DNA from: Octopus vulgaris
Lineage: Eukaryota
Length of the DNA: 64,000 nt
Direction: 5' to 3'
Assembly (NCBI GenBank): GCA_951406725.2
Contig: OX597821.1
Coordinates: forward strand, 85,932,001-85,996,000
The notes under the pieces were generated by a model, which made no database searches, had not been told where the DNA came from, and saw only the letters and a list, made by a program, of their open reading frames with translations. Below, piece by piece: positions 37,157 through 50,598 of this stretch (position 1 is the stretch's first letter; each line of letters starts with the position of its first letter). Both the position numbers and the translations under genes were made by a program.

Positions 37157-37525
37157 CATATACCACTCTGAGATATTTAGAAATGTATTATTTATATCTT
37201 TTTATTATTTTTCATCTTTTTACTTGTTTTAGTGGACAGCAGCCATGCTGGAGCATCACCTCAAAGGGTTTAGACCAACAAGTCGCCCCCAATGCATTAT
37301 TATTTTTAAGTGTGATACTTTTTTTATTTGTCGTTTTTGCTAAATACCAAACTGCTATGTTGTAGGGATGTAAACAAACCAACACCAGTTGTAAGTGGTG
37401 GTGGGGGACAAGCACGAAGACTAAGGTAGCAACTTTGAAGGGAGGGTTAGTTGATGCCACTGACTCAAGTATATTGCCTGATACTTTGAGTAGGGGGAAG
37501 GGTAAATGTATAATAATATAAACAA

Positions 37526-37906
37526 CTAGCAGTATCGCCCGGCGTTGCTCGGGTTTGTAAGGGAAATAACTATATAAGCATTTTTAGAGATGTAAAGTAT
37601 AATAGCCATCTCAATATGGCTAACCACAAAGGGGGGGGTGTTACTGTAGCTTCTTACGTTCTGAGATTTAATAATACATTTTTAGAGAGTTACTTCCCTT
37701 ATATAAACTGAGCGAAAATGCATTAAAAATGCGGAAAAATTATGGTAATTTTTTTTTTAAATCGTAGACTCATCGTAGATGCGCGCTAATACCCAGAAGG
37801 GTTCGATATGAATCACAACTATAAGATACCCGCAAAATGTGGGAGTAGTTAGGAATCTAATTCGTAGGAGACAGACACCACACAACCTCACTTTTATATA
37901 TATAGA
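37526..37906 (-). mobile_element. Non-autonomous Helitron (copy 2)
   Basis: Reverse complement of 12605-12996; A|TC ... CTAG|T. Confidence 0.85.
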
Positions 37907-38654
37907 TATCATGTTCATCTAACCCAAGCTGTCATGGAAAAACAGACATGAAAACAAATGAATAACATAACACCACAACTTGATACCTTGAGAACCTTTA
38001 GCAGAGCTCTGTAAAGGGTTATGGGCACTACTTTCCCTCTTGTCTAAACAATAAAAATAATTATTTAAATACATACTGCTAACTATTGTTGATATAACAT
38101 GTGTAAGTGGTTCCTTTAATGTTGCACGTAAAGTGTCAAACACAGTCACTAGGTGAAAGAAAGAAAAACGGCAATGCGATCCTCTTCTGCTTAAAGCATA
38201 AATAAAAAATTTAAGCACATACTTATTGCACACTAGACTTATCTCTAAATAGAAACACTTACTGCAAACTGATAATAATGCTAACTATCAAACCCAGTTT
38301 GATTTTAATCACAAGCCTGACTAATTAGCACCTGCTGATATAGCTGCTGTTTCAGATGGGAAAGCAAAGCACTAATCAATAATACATACATATAAGGATG
38401 TACTCATCGAAACCATCCTAACTTGGACAAATGGATGTAAATATATATATATATATATATATAGAACCAAGATAGGGGAAGCAGTCTATAATAATGCTGA
38501 CAGTATAAATTGTGAAAAGAGAGTGATATTGGCTGAGGTCTTCTGCACTGTAGTTATTTTAGTCTCAAGAAGAGGAAAAAAAAAACTGACAACTCTAAAT
38601 GAAAAAGAGCCACTTCAATAAAAATTTAGAGCAAAGAGCTTTAAACTTACTACA

Positions 38655-39093
38655 TAGGCACAGGAGTGGCTGTGTGGTAAGTAGAATAAGTACTAGGCTT
38701 ACAAAGAATAAGACTAAAGACAATGCTCCAGCATGGCTGCAGTCAAATGACTGGCCGTTCGCCAGCCTTGTCTGGCACCCGTGTCGGTGGCACATAAAAA
38801 ACACCATCTGAGCGTGGCCGTCTGCCAGCCTCGTCTGGCACCTGTGTCAGTGGCACATAAAAACCACCATCCGTGCGTGGCCGTTCGCCAGCCTCGTCTG
38901 GCACCTGTGTCGGTGGCACATAAAATCACCCACTACACTCTCGGAGTGGTTGGCGTTAGCAAGGGCATCCAGCTGTAGAAACACTGCCAGATCTGACTGG
39001 CCTGGTGCAGCCTTCAGGGCTCCCCAGATCCCAGTTGAACCGTCCAACCCATGCTAGCATGGAAAGCAGACGTTAAACGATGATGATGATGAT
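38655..39093 (+). mobile_element. Deleted family A SINE fused to an RTE-tail repeat
   Basis: The SINE head jumps to the SINE tail, then three UTR units and (GAT)n follow. Confidence 0.75.
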
Positions 39094-42029
39094 ATATATA
39101 TATAAACTTCAGTTATTTGAGAGTAGGTCTTAACCATTTAACTGCATCTTAAATATCTCATAAAAGAGAGAATTAGTATTTTCATACTGACTCAATAAAC
39201 TTGACACATCTCAACAAAAATTAGTTTCAAAGTTGACATTCCTCAACAAAAGATAGTCTGGTACATAAAACTGCTTCTGCAGTTAAGAGTAATGAAATTT
39301 TGAGTGAATATATCTGATTTCCACCATAAAAAAAAAGATCAAAGATTTATTTGTAAATTGGTCCAATGTGCATGATATAAAAAAAAAAGGTTATAGTTTA
39401 TATAATTGATATGTAAAACCAAGGCGGCAAGCTGACAGACTCGTTACCACGCCAGGCGAAATGCTTAGTGGTATTTCATCTGCTGCTATGTCCTGAGTTC
39501 AAATTCCACCAAGGTCGACAGTGCCTTTCATCTTTCGGGGTAGATAAATTAAGTACCAGTTGTGTACTGGGTTTGATCTGATTAACTGGGCCTCTCCCCT
39601 GAAATTTCAGGCTTTGTGCTTATAATAGAAAGGAATAATTGATATGTAAAATCCTTTGTATCCAATATGTAGCCAGCTCCCAGTATTTCATATATCTAGG
39701 TAAAAGCCAACATTATTATTTTCAAATGAATCTTACTATATTTCTTAAGCTGTGGAAAGGTTTTTAGTCACACCAGTTGTTTAGTCTACCTTGTAGAGAT
39801 GATTTGCCTGGTGTGACAGTTGTTATGAATTGTAAACACATTGACATTTCTGTTATCATCATTAACAGTACAATAATAATTGTTTTTGCTCTCTCTATAT
39901 CTACTTTTCGACAGTTCTTAGTCATCTGACCTGTTCAGTTGAAATGTTATATTTACTATTACATCAGCCTTTTGAATAAAAATTCTATAAATAAGCCAAA
40001 ACTAAGATTTATGTGACACAAGCTAAAAACAGATATCATCCAACAAATACATTTTTGACAATGCTATCGAATTACACAGATCAATGTGACAGCTTCTCAG
40101 CTGGGCTGGAAAAACATTGTAATCCTCGCAGCTTAAGTAGTTATATCTACATATGCAACCAAAGTGCTACCAACCCTTCCTCCAACCATCTATTACACCA
40201 TTTCTAACTAATTCTTACACAGACATACCACCTCTCTGAAGTAATGAAATTGAAGTAGTTCCTACCTGATCCCCACCTCTTTCAACAATTACTTTTCTGA
40301 AAGAATGAAATAGAAAATGTGTGTGTATGTGTGTGTGAGAGAAGGAGAGATAGACAGACAGACAGGCTGTCATTTTTAACTGGATATGATGTTGAATAAG
40401 GGAGCTTCTAGATGATTGCTGGAAATAGCAGCCAAATTTGTTACAAATCACATTGCACTGCCTTAAAGAATATAATGGACAACATAGATCCTAACAAAAG
40501 AAAAAATAATGTAATGAAAACAAGGTTTATGACTAGCATGCCTTTCATCATAATCTACCCAATAAGAACTGACCTGGAATTAAACAACCAAGTTTACTTT
40601 AAGCCAATAATAGTACTGGCATGATGGTTCAACCTGCTAGAAATAGCAGTCAAATTTCCCTCAAATTACAACCTCTCATCTCAAATTTGGAAAGGACACA
40701 TTGGTAATTCTATAGACAAACAGAATGATGAGGAGGGTGTGTGTGTGAGAGAGAGAGAGACGGACAGACAGACAGAGACAGACAGATATAAGCTAAGATA
40801 AAACTGTTCTGAGTGTAGTGATTCTCCTAGTAACTAAAAACTTAAATGAATAGCAAAGAAAAATACTAAAACAAAAATGCTTGATTAGTTGTAAAATAAG
40901 ATATATTCTGAAGAGAGAAAAAGTGTAATTGTCATTATCATCATTTAATGTCCACTTTTCCTTAACTTGCATGGGTCAGAGGCAGATTTCCTACGGTTGG
41001 ATGCCATTCCTGTCACTGACCCTCACCAGTTTCCAAAGCAAGGTACTACTTCAATATGGCCAGAATATTGGAACTGAATGACAGTCACTTATAACAATTA
41101 CACAGTCTCAAGACACAGGGAGACAAACACACACAATCGGTTTCTTTCAGATATCAAATCCACTCACAAGACTTTGGTTGGCCTGGGGCTATAGTTGAAA
41201 ACACTTCCCCAAGATGTGATGCAGTGGGACTGCATCTGAAACCATGGGGGTTAGGACCTTCTTCACAAATCATACAATCACTTAAAAGTCTATAATGATA
41301 ATAATGATAATTTCTGACTTTAGTGGGAATAGTCAAATGATCTCAATATTTGATACGAGAAGGCAGCAAGCTGGCAGAGTAGTTACAGTGCTGGGCAAAA
41401 TGCTTAGCAAGCATTTCATCAGTTTTTAGGTCCCGTATTCAAAATCCAAGGTTGACTTTGCCTTTCATTCCTTTGGGGTCGATGAAGTAAGTACCAGTTG
41501 AGTACTGGGATCGATGTAATCGACTTACCCTGTTCCTCAAAATTGCTGGCCTTGTGTTAAAAATTGAAATCAATATTTGATACAAGAAAGAGATTAAAGG
41601 CAGCTGAAACTGGCAAGATTTGAAGTCAGAACATAAAGGAATGTAATAGGAAAAGAAAGCAAAACCTTATAGGACCTAGAGGTTTAATCTTTTAATTGTG
41701 GTCATCTTTATATAGGAGGATAATTTGTGGAGTAGCATGTTAATTCATTGATAATTGAGTAGCCTTTTAAAAAATATAAAATTTAACCCTTTTGATACCA
41801 GCTCATAAAAGACCTCTTCTGATTCAACAGTACAAAACCTCCCATTTTGAATTAAAACTTGCCATCATTTTATATCAGAACTTTTAGTTATTAAATCCTT
41901 CAAACTCTTGTTTAATAATTTACAAAAAATAATTTACTTTATTAAATTTATCTAAAGCTTTCATTATTTTCAAAATAAACCAAAACAGAGAAGTGATATA
42001 TCTCATTAGAAATACGGTCATTAGAATGT

Positions 42030-42515
42030 TTTATCTTTTATTTGTTTTAGTCACTGGACTACGGCCATGTTGGGGCATCCCTAGAAGGGTTTTGATCAAA
42101 CAGATTGACCCCAGTACTTATAGTCTCTTTTGCCAAACTGCTACGTTACAGGGACATAAACCAACACTGGTTGTCAAGTGGTGGTGGATACACACACACA
42201 CACATATATATGGCAGGCTTCTTTTAGTTTCTGTCTACTAAATCCACTCGCAATGCTTTACTCAGCCTGGAGCTACAGTAGAAGGCATTGTGCCAATTAG
42301 TGGGATTGAACTTAGAACCATGTAGTAGGGAAGCAAACTTTTTACCACACAGCCACAACTCACACAGTAAACCTCTACCAAAAAATTCACTCACAAGGCA
42401 TTGGTTGGGTAGGGGCTGTAGTAAAAGACACTTGGCCATGATACTGTACAGTGGGACTGAATCCAAAATCATGTGGTCGCAAAGCAAGTTTCTTAACCAC
42501 ACAGCCATGCACCAT
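42030..42515 (-). mobile_element. Diverged family A SINE plus a tandem head fragment
   Basis: Recognisable family motifs. Confidence 0.65.
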
Positions 42516-44629
42516 TCTTAATATTTCACAAAGAAACACTCAATCTTTGAAGAAGGAAGAAATTGTGGAATGATTATAAAGTAGGTGAAACTTTGGAAAT
42601 CTGATTGAAAGCATCCACCAGGCTAGCAGCATATTGCCAAAACCACTTATCCACATCCCTGGACTAAGAAACGCTGCAGCTTCTAACAGCATGTTGACCA
42701 TTACCTGATGACATAACAACAAGCCCATTTCAGACCATAACTGGCTGGCTTAGAGGGTATGTGTGAGAAAGAGAGAGGGGGGAGGAGTATATTGATGAAT
42801 TCTAGACTTTTTCCACCACACACATGCTACATCTATAACACAAAGATCAAAGGACAACTAATAATGTTAGGACATTGGTAAAAGACATAATTGATCCCTT
42901 TGCTGTGGATGAGGTGGCTGTGAGACCTGCTGAAGCCAATACTATGGGAATAAAGTGGATGGAGAGAGAAAAAAATGCAAAAGTGTTGGGATGAAAATGT
43001 GTGCAACACTCAGTGGGCTTCAGAGAGACAAATTGTAGCATTATTTGAGTCATGGTAGTTGAACCTTAGTGACACAATGCTTCATGAATCCAAGTTCAAA
43101 CAGTAGCATTTTTTCTTTTCAAATGACTTCATGAGAAGGAAGTGGCTACATTCATAACTTTCGCATGCCTACTGAGACTGAGGCAATTTATATTCAACTT
43201 CAAAAGTTAATGACTATAGATAAAAAAAAAAAACAAAGATTAGAAGGGAGATGACATTCTGAAAAGGCAGACTGAGTGAAGTGGTTAATGTAAGGTCCTG
43301 AACTATGAAACACAGTAGGGGTAACCAGATGAGTGTCTTGTATGGAGGTGGTGTGTGTTGTTCCCATTGTGTCACAACGGTGCTTCTTCATTGTTAAGAA
43401 GTCTCTGACAACAAACTGTGTTGGTCGTACTTCAATCTTGGACATTGTCCTTTCAACTGACACTAGAAAAGTTGGTTTGAAGGTCTGCAAAACTTGCACT
43501 ATGACAACCAGTTGAGATGATATTTGCAAGCTATTGACAATACAACTTGTTGCAGTGCTTTGCACATTCCCTTATTTCCTCTTTTGAACAAAATCACTCT
43601 TTATCTGACACTTGCAATTTTACTAAGGTATCTAACAGATACACACATAGAGTGTTCTTTTCAAGTTGGATTTTAAATGTCATGTCTGACGGTTATTGCT
43701 GTTTAGTCTCAGATCAGATCTGATTGAACAAGCTTGCATAACCAAAGGCATTCCAGCTTTAAAAGTTCCATCTTTTCCTAGGTGCAATAAACCTAGGACC
43801 ACATTAACTCACGAGTTTATTTGTAAAGTGGTAGATGATTTCAAAGAGAGTTGACTGTTATTCCTAGCAGAACAATCAACTGCATTGGCATATCACGAAG
43901 CTGATTTCTAATTTAGTGCCATTCAAATATTGACCTTCCAATAATGTTTTAATATTTTATAATGGAATTGGTTGGCTGTTAGCAGTCTTTGTCTTGTCAA
44001 CTTCAATTAGTAAACAATGGAAGTGGTGCAAGAAATTTTGCTGTCTTGTAATCTTGTAAGATTGATTATTAAATAATTTAATATGAATAGTCTCTTTTGA
44101 ACAGCTAATGGAATTCCAAGGCAGCATGTTTGCTGAGATTGACTTTTCCTGTTATTAATCTCATTGACATATGTCACGTCTTTTCACTGATGTGGAGCAA
44201 TGAATGACAATCAAATGCCTTACATTTTAGATACAGCTTTATAGAGCAAATCTTTTTGCAGCCAATTTGGTTGATTTCCTTGGTTCAGATTCATGTAGAC
44301 CAGAAAATGTGCCAAGTGTTTTTTTGTTTTGCTGTGCTCATATAGATGCAACCATGGTTGTGTGGTTAAGAGGTTTGCTTCACAACCACATGGTTTTGAC
44401 TTCAATTCTACTGTGCAGCACCTTGGGCAAGTGTCTTCTACTATAACCCTGATCTGGCAATTGCCTAGTGAGTGAATTTGATAGAGAAACCTGTTTTGGG
44501 TATAAATGTGTGTGTGTGTGTGTGTGTGCGTGCGTGTGCATATTGGGATATTTATATTTTTATATAGGGGAATTTGTTTTGGGGGTAGGAAAGCCATTTA
44601 CTGTATTTTCTCATGGAGAAAATATCTCA

Positions 44630-45875
44630 GTCACTAGTCATTGCCTCTGTGAGGCCCAAAGTTCAAAGATCATGCTTCATCATCTTGTCCCATGTCTTCC
44701 TGTGTCTACCTCTACCACGGGCTCCCTCCACAGTTAGAGATCGGCACTTCTTTACAGAACTGTCCTTGTCCATATGCATCACATGGCCATACCAGCGCAG
44801 TTGCCTCTCATGAACACCACATCTGATGCCTCTTATTCCCATCTTTTCTCTCAAGATGCTTACACTGTCAAGCATACATACTGACATTACACATTCAGTG
44901 GAGCCTATTGGCTTCAATTCTTTCAAGCCTATGCATGTCCTCAGCTGTCACAGCCCAGGTTTCGTTGCCGTCTGATGTAGCTCTTCATACACATGCACCA
45001 TACAAGCTGCCTTTCACTCTGAGAGAGAGAGGCCCTTTGTTGCCAGCAGAGGAAGGAGCTCTCTGAATATTGCCCAGCCTCATCTTATTCTCACAGCTAT
45101 GCACTCAGCACATCCACATCCACTACTCAGTTGGTCACCTAGATAAATGAAACTATCTACTACTTCTAGTTTACTCCAATGGCAGTTGGAGTCTATTTTC
45201 TGTACATTTTTGGTGTTTATTGTTCTTGAGCATCTTCCACACACAAAAGCTATTTTGCCCGTTAACCTTCCTGTGATATTGCTGCACCTTTTATGTGTCC
45301 AAAGCTTACAGTGGGAATATCCTATGGAGTTTCTACCTATGCCTTTTCAACAGATCGAGCAGGGTCATCTACTTGAAGGGTTTTGTGATTTGTTTGCCTT
45401 CTTACTAAGACTTTAGTTTTTGCAACATTTGATTCTAGACCTTGCTTCCAGACCTGGAAATTCTTCTCTAGTTCTGGTAGTGATTCAGCTATAAGAACAA
45501 GGTCATTAGCATAGAGGAGCTCCCAGGGGTAGCCTGTCTTAAATTCCTCTGATATTGCTAGGAGTACTATGATGAACAAGAGGGGCTGAGGATCAATCCT
45601 TGGTGAACCCCTACTTGTACCCTGAATTCTTTGCTATACTCATTGCCAACTCTCACCTTACTGGTAGCATCTTTGTACATGGCTTGTACAGCTCTCACCA
45701 ACCACTCATCTATCCCTAGTTTCTACCTTGACCACCAGATAAGGGATTGGGGTCTCTGTCAAAGGCTTTCTCCAAGTCAACAAAAACCAAATGCAGAGGT
45801 TTATCTTTGGCTATATATTTCTCCTGCAGCTGCCTTACCAGAAATATAGCATCAGTGGTGCTTCTCTCTGGCAGA
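44630..45875 (-). mobile_element. Degenerate RTE LINE (RT core to C-terminus)
   Basis: STTDAIFLVRQLQEK, FVDLEKAFDR, GVHQG, LLYANDLVL (YADD motif) and LRWYGHVMHM; frameshifted; homologous to 5390-6319. Confidence 0.9.
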
Positions 45876-46698
45876 GGACCCATCAAACCAAATGAAATCA
45901 TAGTCATGGCTGATGCTGGTGTCACATTACTGGCACCTGTACTAGTCGCACATAAAAAGCACCTTTCCAGTGTTTGCCCTCACTGTGGCAATGACTGAGA
46001 CCTTTGGCATTATGTTGTGCTTGAGAAGACCCATCAAGCTGAGCAAAACTGCCGTCATGGCAGATACCGGTGTCAAGCAAATGGCACCCATTACACTCTC
46101 AGAGTGGTTGACATTAGGAAGAGCATCCAGCTGTAGAAAAACTATGCCAAATCAGACTGGGATGAGGTGCAGCCTTCCAGCTTGCCAATCCTGATCAAAC
46201 CATCCAACACATGCCAGCAGGGACATCGGACTTAAATGATAATATATATATGTATGTATATATGTATGTATATATGTATGTACGTAAATATGTATGTATA
46301 TATGTATGTATATAAATATGTATGTATATAAATATGTATGTATATATATAAATATATATAAATATGTATGTATATATGTATGTACGTAAAAAGCACTATC
46401 CGACTCGTGGCCGATGCCAGCGCCGCCTCGACTGGCTTCCGTACCGGTGGCACATAAAATACACCAATCCGACCGTGGCCGTTGCCAGCCTCGCCTGGCA
46501 CCTGTGCAGGTGGCACGTAAAAAGCACCCACTACACTCACGGAGTGGTTGGCGTTAGGAAGGGCATCCAGCTGTAGAAACATTGCCAGATAAGACTGGAG
46601 CCTGGTGCAGCCTCCTGGCTTCCCAGATCCCTGGTCGAACCGTCCAACCCATGCTAGCATGGAGAACGGACGTTAAACGATGATGATGATGATGATGA
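45876..46698 (+). mobile_element. Two RTE-tail repeats separated by a (TATG)/(TA) microsatellite
   Basis: Family B motifs at 45876-46240 and 46383-46698. Confidence 0.75.
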
Positions 46699-46808
46699 TA
46701 TAGTTGATGCTGGTGTCATGTTAATGTACATACAGTTGTATTTACGCTGTGAAGCCGTTGTGTTCGTGGGGTATGTATAATTGTTCGTCTTTATGCGCAT
46801 TGGGTTGT

Positions 46809-46870
46809 ATTACACTGGTGATGGAAAGAGAGGGATTTCCCTTTAATCCTGAAATCAATTGATATGTAAT
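46809..46870 (+). ncRNA. Type I hammerhead motif (A6G) with a long helix II
   Basis: ATTACA-CTGGTGA-T-GGA..AGGGA(tt)TCCCT..TCC-T-GAAA-TCAATTGA-TA-TGTAAT; helix III palindrome ATCAATTGAT. Confidence 0.65.
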
Positions 46871-47012
46871 TAAACCTTTACATAAATCTTTATCGTTTAT
46901 TTGCCTGAATTCAGCGTGTATTTATTGTGATAATTTTAAGGTAGCTTAGAGACATTCGTCTTCTTATAGCATGTGGCAAACTAGTGTACTTACTCGCTTA
47001 CCCTGAATATTA

Positions 47013-47049
<37 letters not shown>

Positions 47050-47052
<3 letters not shown>

Positions 47053-47840
47053 TAATGCTTCGATATATGAGTAAATTTGTTCCCAGAGACCGCTCATAAA
47101 TTGAAAAATCATAAAGCAGAGCAATAATTTCCCAAAGTAGCAATGTTATAAATTGTAACTCATTCCCAGAAAAATGTTTTACCTATAAAATTTATAATAT
47201 TCATAAATAAATGGCAATAAAACAGTAGAATGTAAAGAATATTTTCTGTAAACTAAAAAAAAATATGTCAAAATCATTTATAATATAAAATATTATTATT
47301 ATAATTGTTTTCTGAATCACTTCATTCGCACTAGACTCATGCACACCATCACTTGTAGATGTGATCACTGATTCACAAGCATTCATAGACAGACTTGTAA
47401 ATGTCTTTTTAAAAAGCAAGTCTAGAGTTGTTTACTTAGCAGAATCTTTTTTCGCTCTCTATAAATTTCTCGGCAAAATATAGAAGCATTTGTTATGGCA
47501 GTAGAGACTTTCGCACTTCATTCAAAATTTGGATCTTGTGCTTGAAAAATTTCCAAGGCTTTATCCAAATGCTTCCACAAATCCTTTCAGCGTAAATATA
47601 TTAACTGGCATTTTATCAACAGCGTCATTTTCCTCTTCTATTGTTGCTTGGTCCTGCATTGCAATAAGGTCTTCATGGGTGAGTTCAACACTACATGACC
47701 GAAGCGTCAGAACCAGTGTTGCCACATGTTGCGACATCACCATACACACAAAAAGGCTATTTAACCTTTGTATATTTATTACAAAATAAAACTCATAAAC
47801 CCAGGGTTTCATAAAGTGGGTCCTCATAAAGGTATTACTG
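47050..47840 (-). mobile_element. Tigger/pogo-like DNA transposon deletion derivative
   Basis: Termini CAGTAATGCTT / AGGTATTACTG|TA; ELTHEDLIAMQ...EEE...FTLKGFVEAF resembles the Tigger transposase C-terminus. Confidence 0.7.
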
Positions 47841-47885
47841 TATGTGTGTGTATATATATATATTTATGGGGAAATTTGTTTTGGG

Positions 47886-48190
47886 ATAGGAATGCCATTC
47901 ACTGTATTTTTTCATGAAGAAAATTTCTTGCTGTAGAGAAATAGGTGTAAATACACAGTGCAACCAGTGATTGAGTGATGACAGGAATATCATAAGAGGG
48001 ACTTGCCTCTCAAGTCAGTTCATAGAGTCTACCTTTCTAATCTCTGTTGCTGAAGAAGAGATAACCACTCAGAAATGCATGCAATCCAAAAGTCTGGTTA
48101 GGGTGCATTGCAAACTGATTTGGTGTTTCTACCCTTTACTGTCTTTGAGAAATTTTCTCCATAACAAAATATAGTGAATGGTTTTCTTAT
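47886..48190. mobile_element. 305 bp element with 44 bp inverted termini and a central degenerate hammerhead (48046-48085, plus)
   Basis: Arms 36/44 identical. Motif GTTG-CTGAAGA-A-GAG(ataacca)CTC-A-GAAA-TGCA-TG-CAAT. The left arm is also present at about 44564-44625. Confidence 0.6.
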
Positions 48191-50459
48191 GAGTTTGAAT
48201 AGTCTGCATTGACACACTTCTGTTTGTTTTTGCTAAAATGAAATACCCCATGTCTTTCATTTCGAGATGTTTCAATGCCAATAAGAAATTCATGTTCTAA
48301 AACAGTTGGGTTAATACATACATTATCAACCTAAATTCATTAAAGTAGATCGATACCACATTACTGAGTCTATTCAATAGATTAACCAGTACAAGCAACA
48401 TGTGTGAGTGCATAAACTGTAGTACTTTCAGCTTAGCTTAATACCCTAATTTACAACAATTATATATACAAATTAAATACAATAACACCTTTAAATTTAT
48501 ATTGCCTTTCACTAGAAACACCTCTTGTTTTTTCCTTTCTCCCTAGTTCTACCATTTCAGGATGATTATTCTAACAAAATTACACTGCCTGCATGTTTCA
48601 ATTAATTTTGAAAATACTAAAGACTTCTGACAGAATTTAGTGTTTGGAAAAACAGGTCTTCAAATAATTTTGTTGAGAAGGTCTTAAATACTTTAAAAGA
48701 ACAGTTTTGTTTCAGAGCAGGGTATAGGCTAGGGTAGATTGCTACTGAAAGAGTTAACATTTGTAACTAGACTATTATACTGCAATCCACAAAGGCTTCT
48801 AGAAGCTATATAAAAATCTGCTCTAAATTTTGGGGGTCTAGCAGATATTTCTCTAAATTGTTACTAAATTCTAGTATCCTACTAATCTTCCAGACTAATC
48901 ACTTACCTCATACCCCCCTCCAAGAACTCTATTTTTAACCAATTACAAGACCAACTTTTAATATAATGAGTTTATAATTTAATTAAAATTTTTCCTTATA
49001 TATATATTTTAGCTCGTTTGATCGCCTTCTTTTATATTGCTAAATAATTTGACTGAGCTTATACCCTTTGTAATTCAATTTTGTATCTTGCATGAACTTC
49101 AGTTCTACCGGAGAACTTATAATATTCATAATAAAATTTCACTTTAAACACATTGTAATGTCTTTAATAACTACCAACTTATAAGAGTTCAGAAGCTACC
49201 ACCTTTGTTAGATTCAGTGTGCATGACACAAGATAACATTTTTTTTTTAAATGACATACACTCACAGATAGCCCAATACCTATCGTTTGAATAATCCATA
49301 ATAGTGAAACTGTGCAGTAATGGAAGTGTTAAGAACTTATATTGTTTAATTCACACCCATCAACTCTACAGCAGTATTGCATTCTCCCTGTATTTTATAT
49401 TATGCACTGTGTGTATGTGGTGTGCATGTGTATGTAGATCATTTGACAGTCACTTCCCATGCTAGCATGGGTTAGATGTGCCATTGAAATCTTAGTAATT
49501 TCTTATTGGGAGTTTCAGCTCCCATAGACTGATCTTCATACATGTCATTTGGTTTAGTTCCTACAGCTGGATGTCCTTCCTATTGCCAACACTTTACAGA
49601 GTATACTGGTTCCTTTTTCTCACGGAACTACCACTAGAGAGATTGCACAAAGGGATCTTAGAGCCATATACATACTTCTATACATAGAAGTGCTGCTGCT
49701 ACACCAACATATTAGGCCACTTAAAAAAGTACATTCAGCCAACTGATAAAGACTGTTTCACAAACACACTACAACCACTGGTCATACTGTTTCTTCTTTC
49801 TATTTCATCTGTTACTATTACAATGGAATCTGTCCCTTATCTCTACCTCATTAGTCTCACCAAACACAGCATTAGTTTTCTTTGAATATCATGTGGTCAA
49901 TGTGAAGCCATCTGGATTTTTTGAGCTTATTCAAGAAATGTGATAATGAAAGGGTTAAGTACAGATCATTGAGAAAGCTTATGAAATCATGTCATTTCAA
50001 TTGAAATACACAAATCTAAATAACATTCTCCTCAAATATCAGCTTAACAAAAGAAGATTTAAAGTATATGACCTAGTGATATATCGTCTCTAATAGATGA
50101 CACAGATAGGCCTAATTTCACTTATGAGTATACAGTTATTCTTATGTCATGGTGCCTATAAGTACATTGTTGATACGACCACAGAGCATCTAATTTACTA
50201 ATGCGATTACAGGTCTGTTTGGTTGGCAAGCTGCTTTAGGTCTTAGGAAGCTGCTTCTAAATGGATGACTGACTGACTGACATAAATATTGTTTACAGAA
50301 GAAAAAATTTACAATTGATGGATGAAATATAATAATAAACAATATCTGAGATTAACTAGCAAGAGTAGTAGAGGACAGGTGTACAGACAGAGCAGTTCAG
50401 AATCAAAAGTATGAGGTGATTTGTGCAGTCAATACAAATGTATAGGTATAGATATCTCT

Positions 50460-50598
50460 TTTCTCTTTTACTTGTTTCAGTCATTTGACTGTGGCCATGC
50501 TGGAGCACCGCCTTTAGTCGAGCAAATCGACCCTGGGACTTATTCTTTTGTAAGCCCAGTACTTATTCTATCGGTCTCTTTTGCCGAACTGCTATGTT
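50460..50598 (-). mobile_element. Family A SINE 3' fragment
   Basis: Family match. Confidence 0.8.

Noticed and set aside
43200-43630. Possible mariner 5' remnant (MSKIEVR)
   Set aside because: Only a few residues resemble a transposase start; no TIR pair or catalytic motif is visible.
44224-44345. Phase-2-compatible donor (AT|GTAAGG) with an open frame as a possible upstream exon
   Set aside because: No convincing acceptor and no similarity to the EFCAB14 N-terminus.
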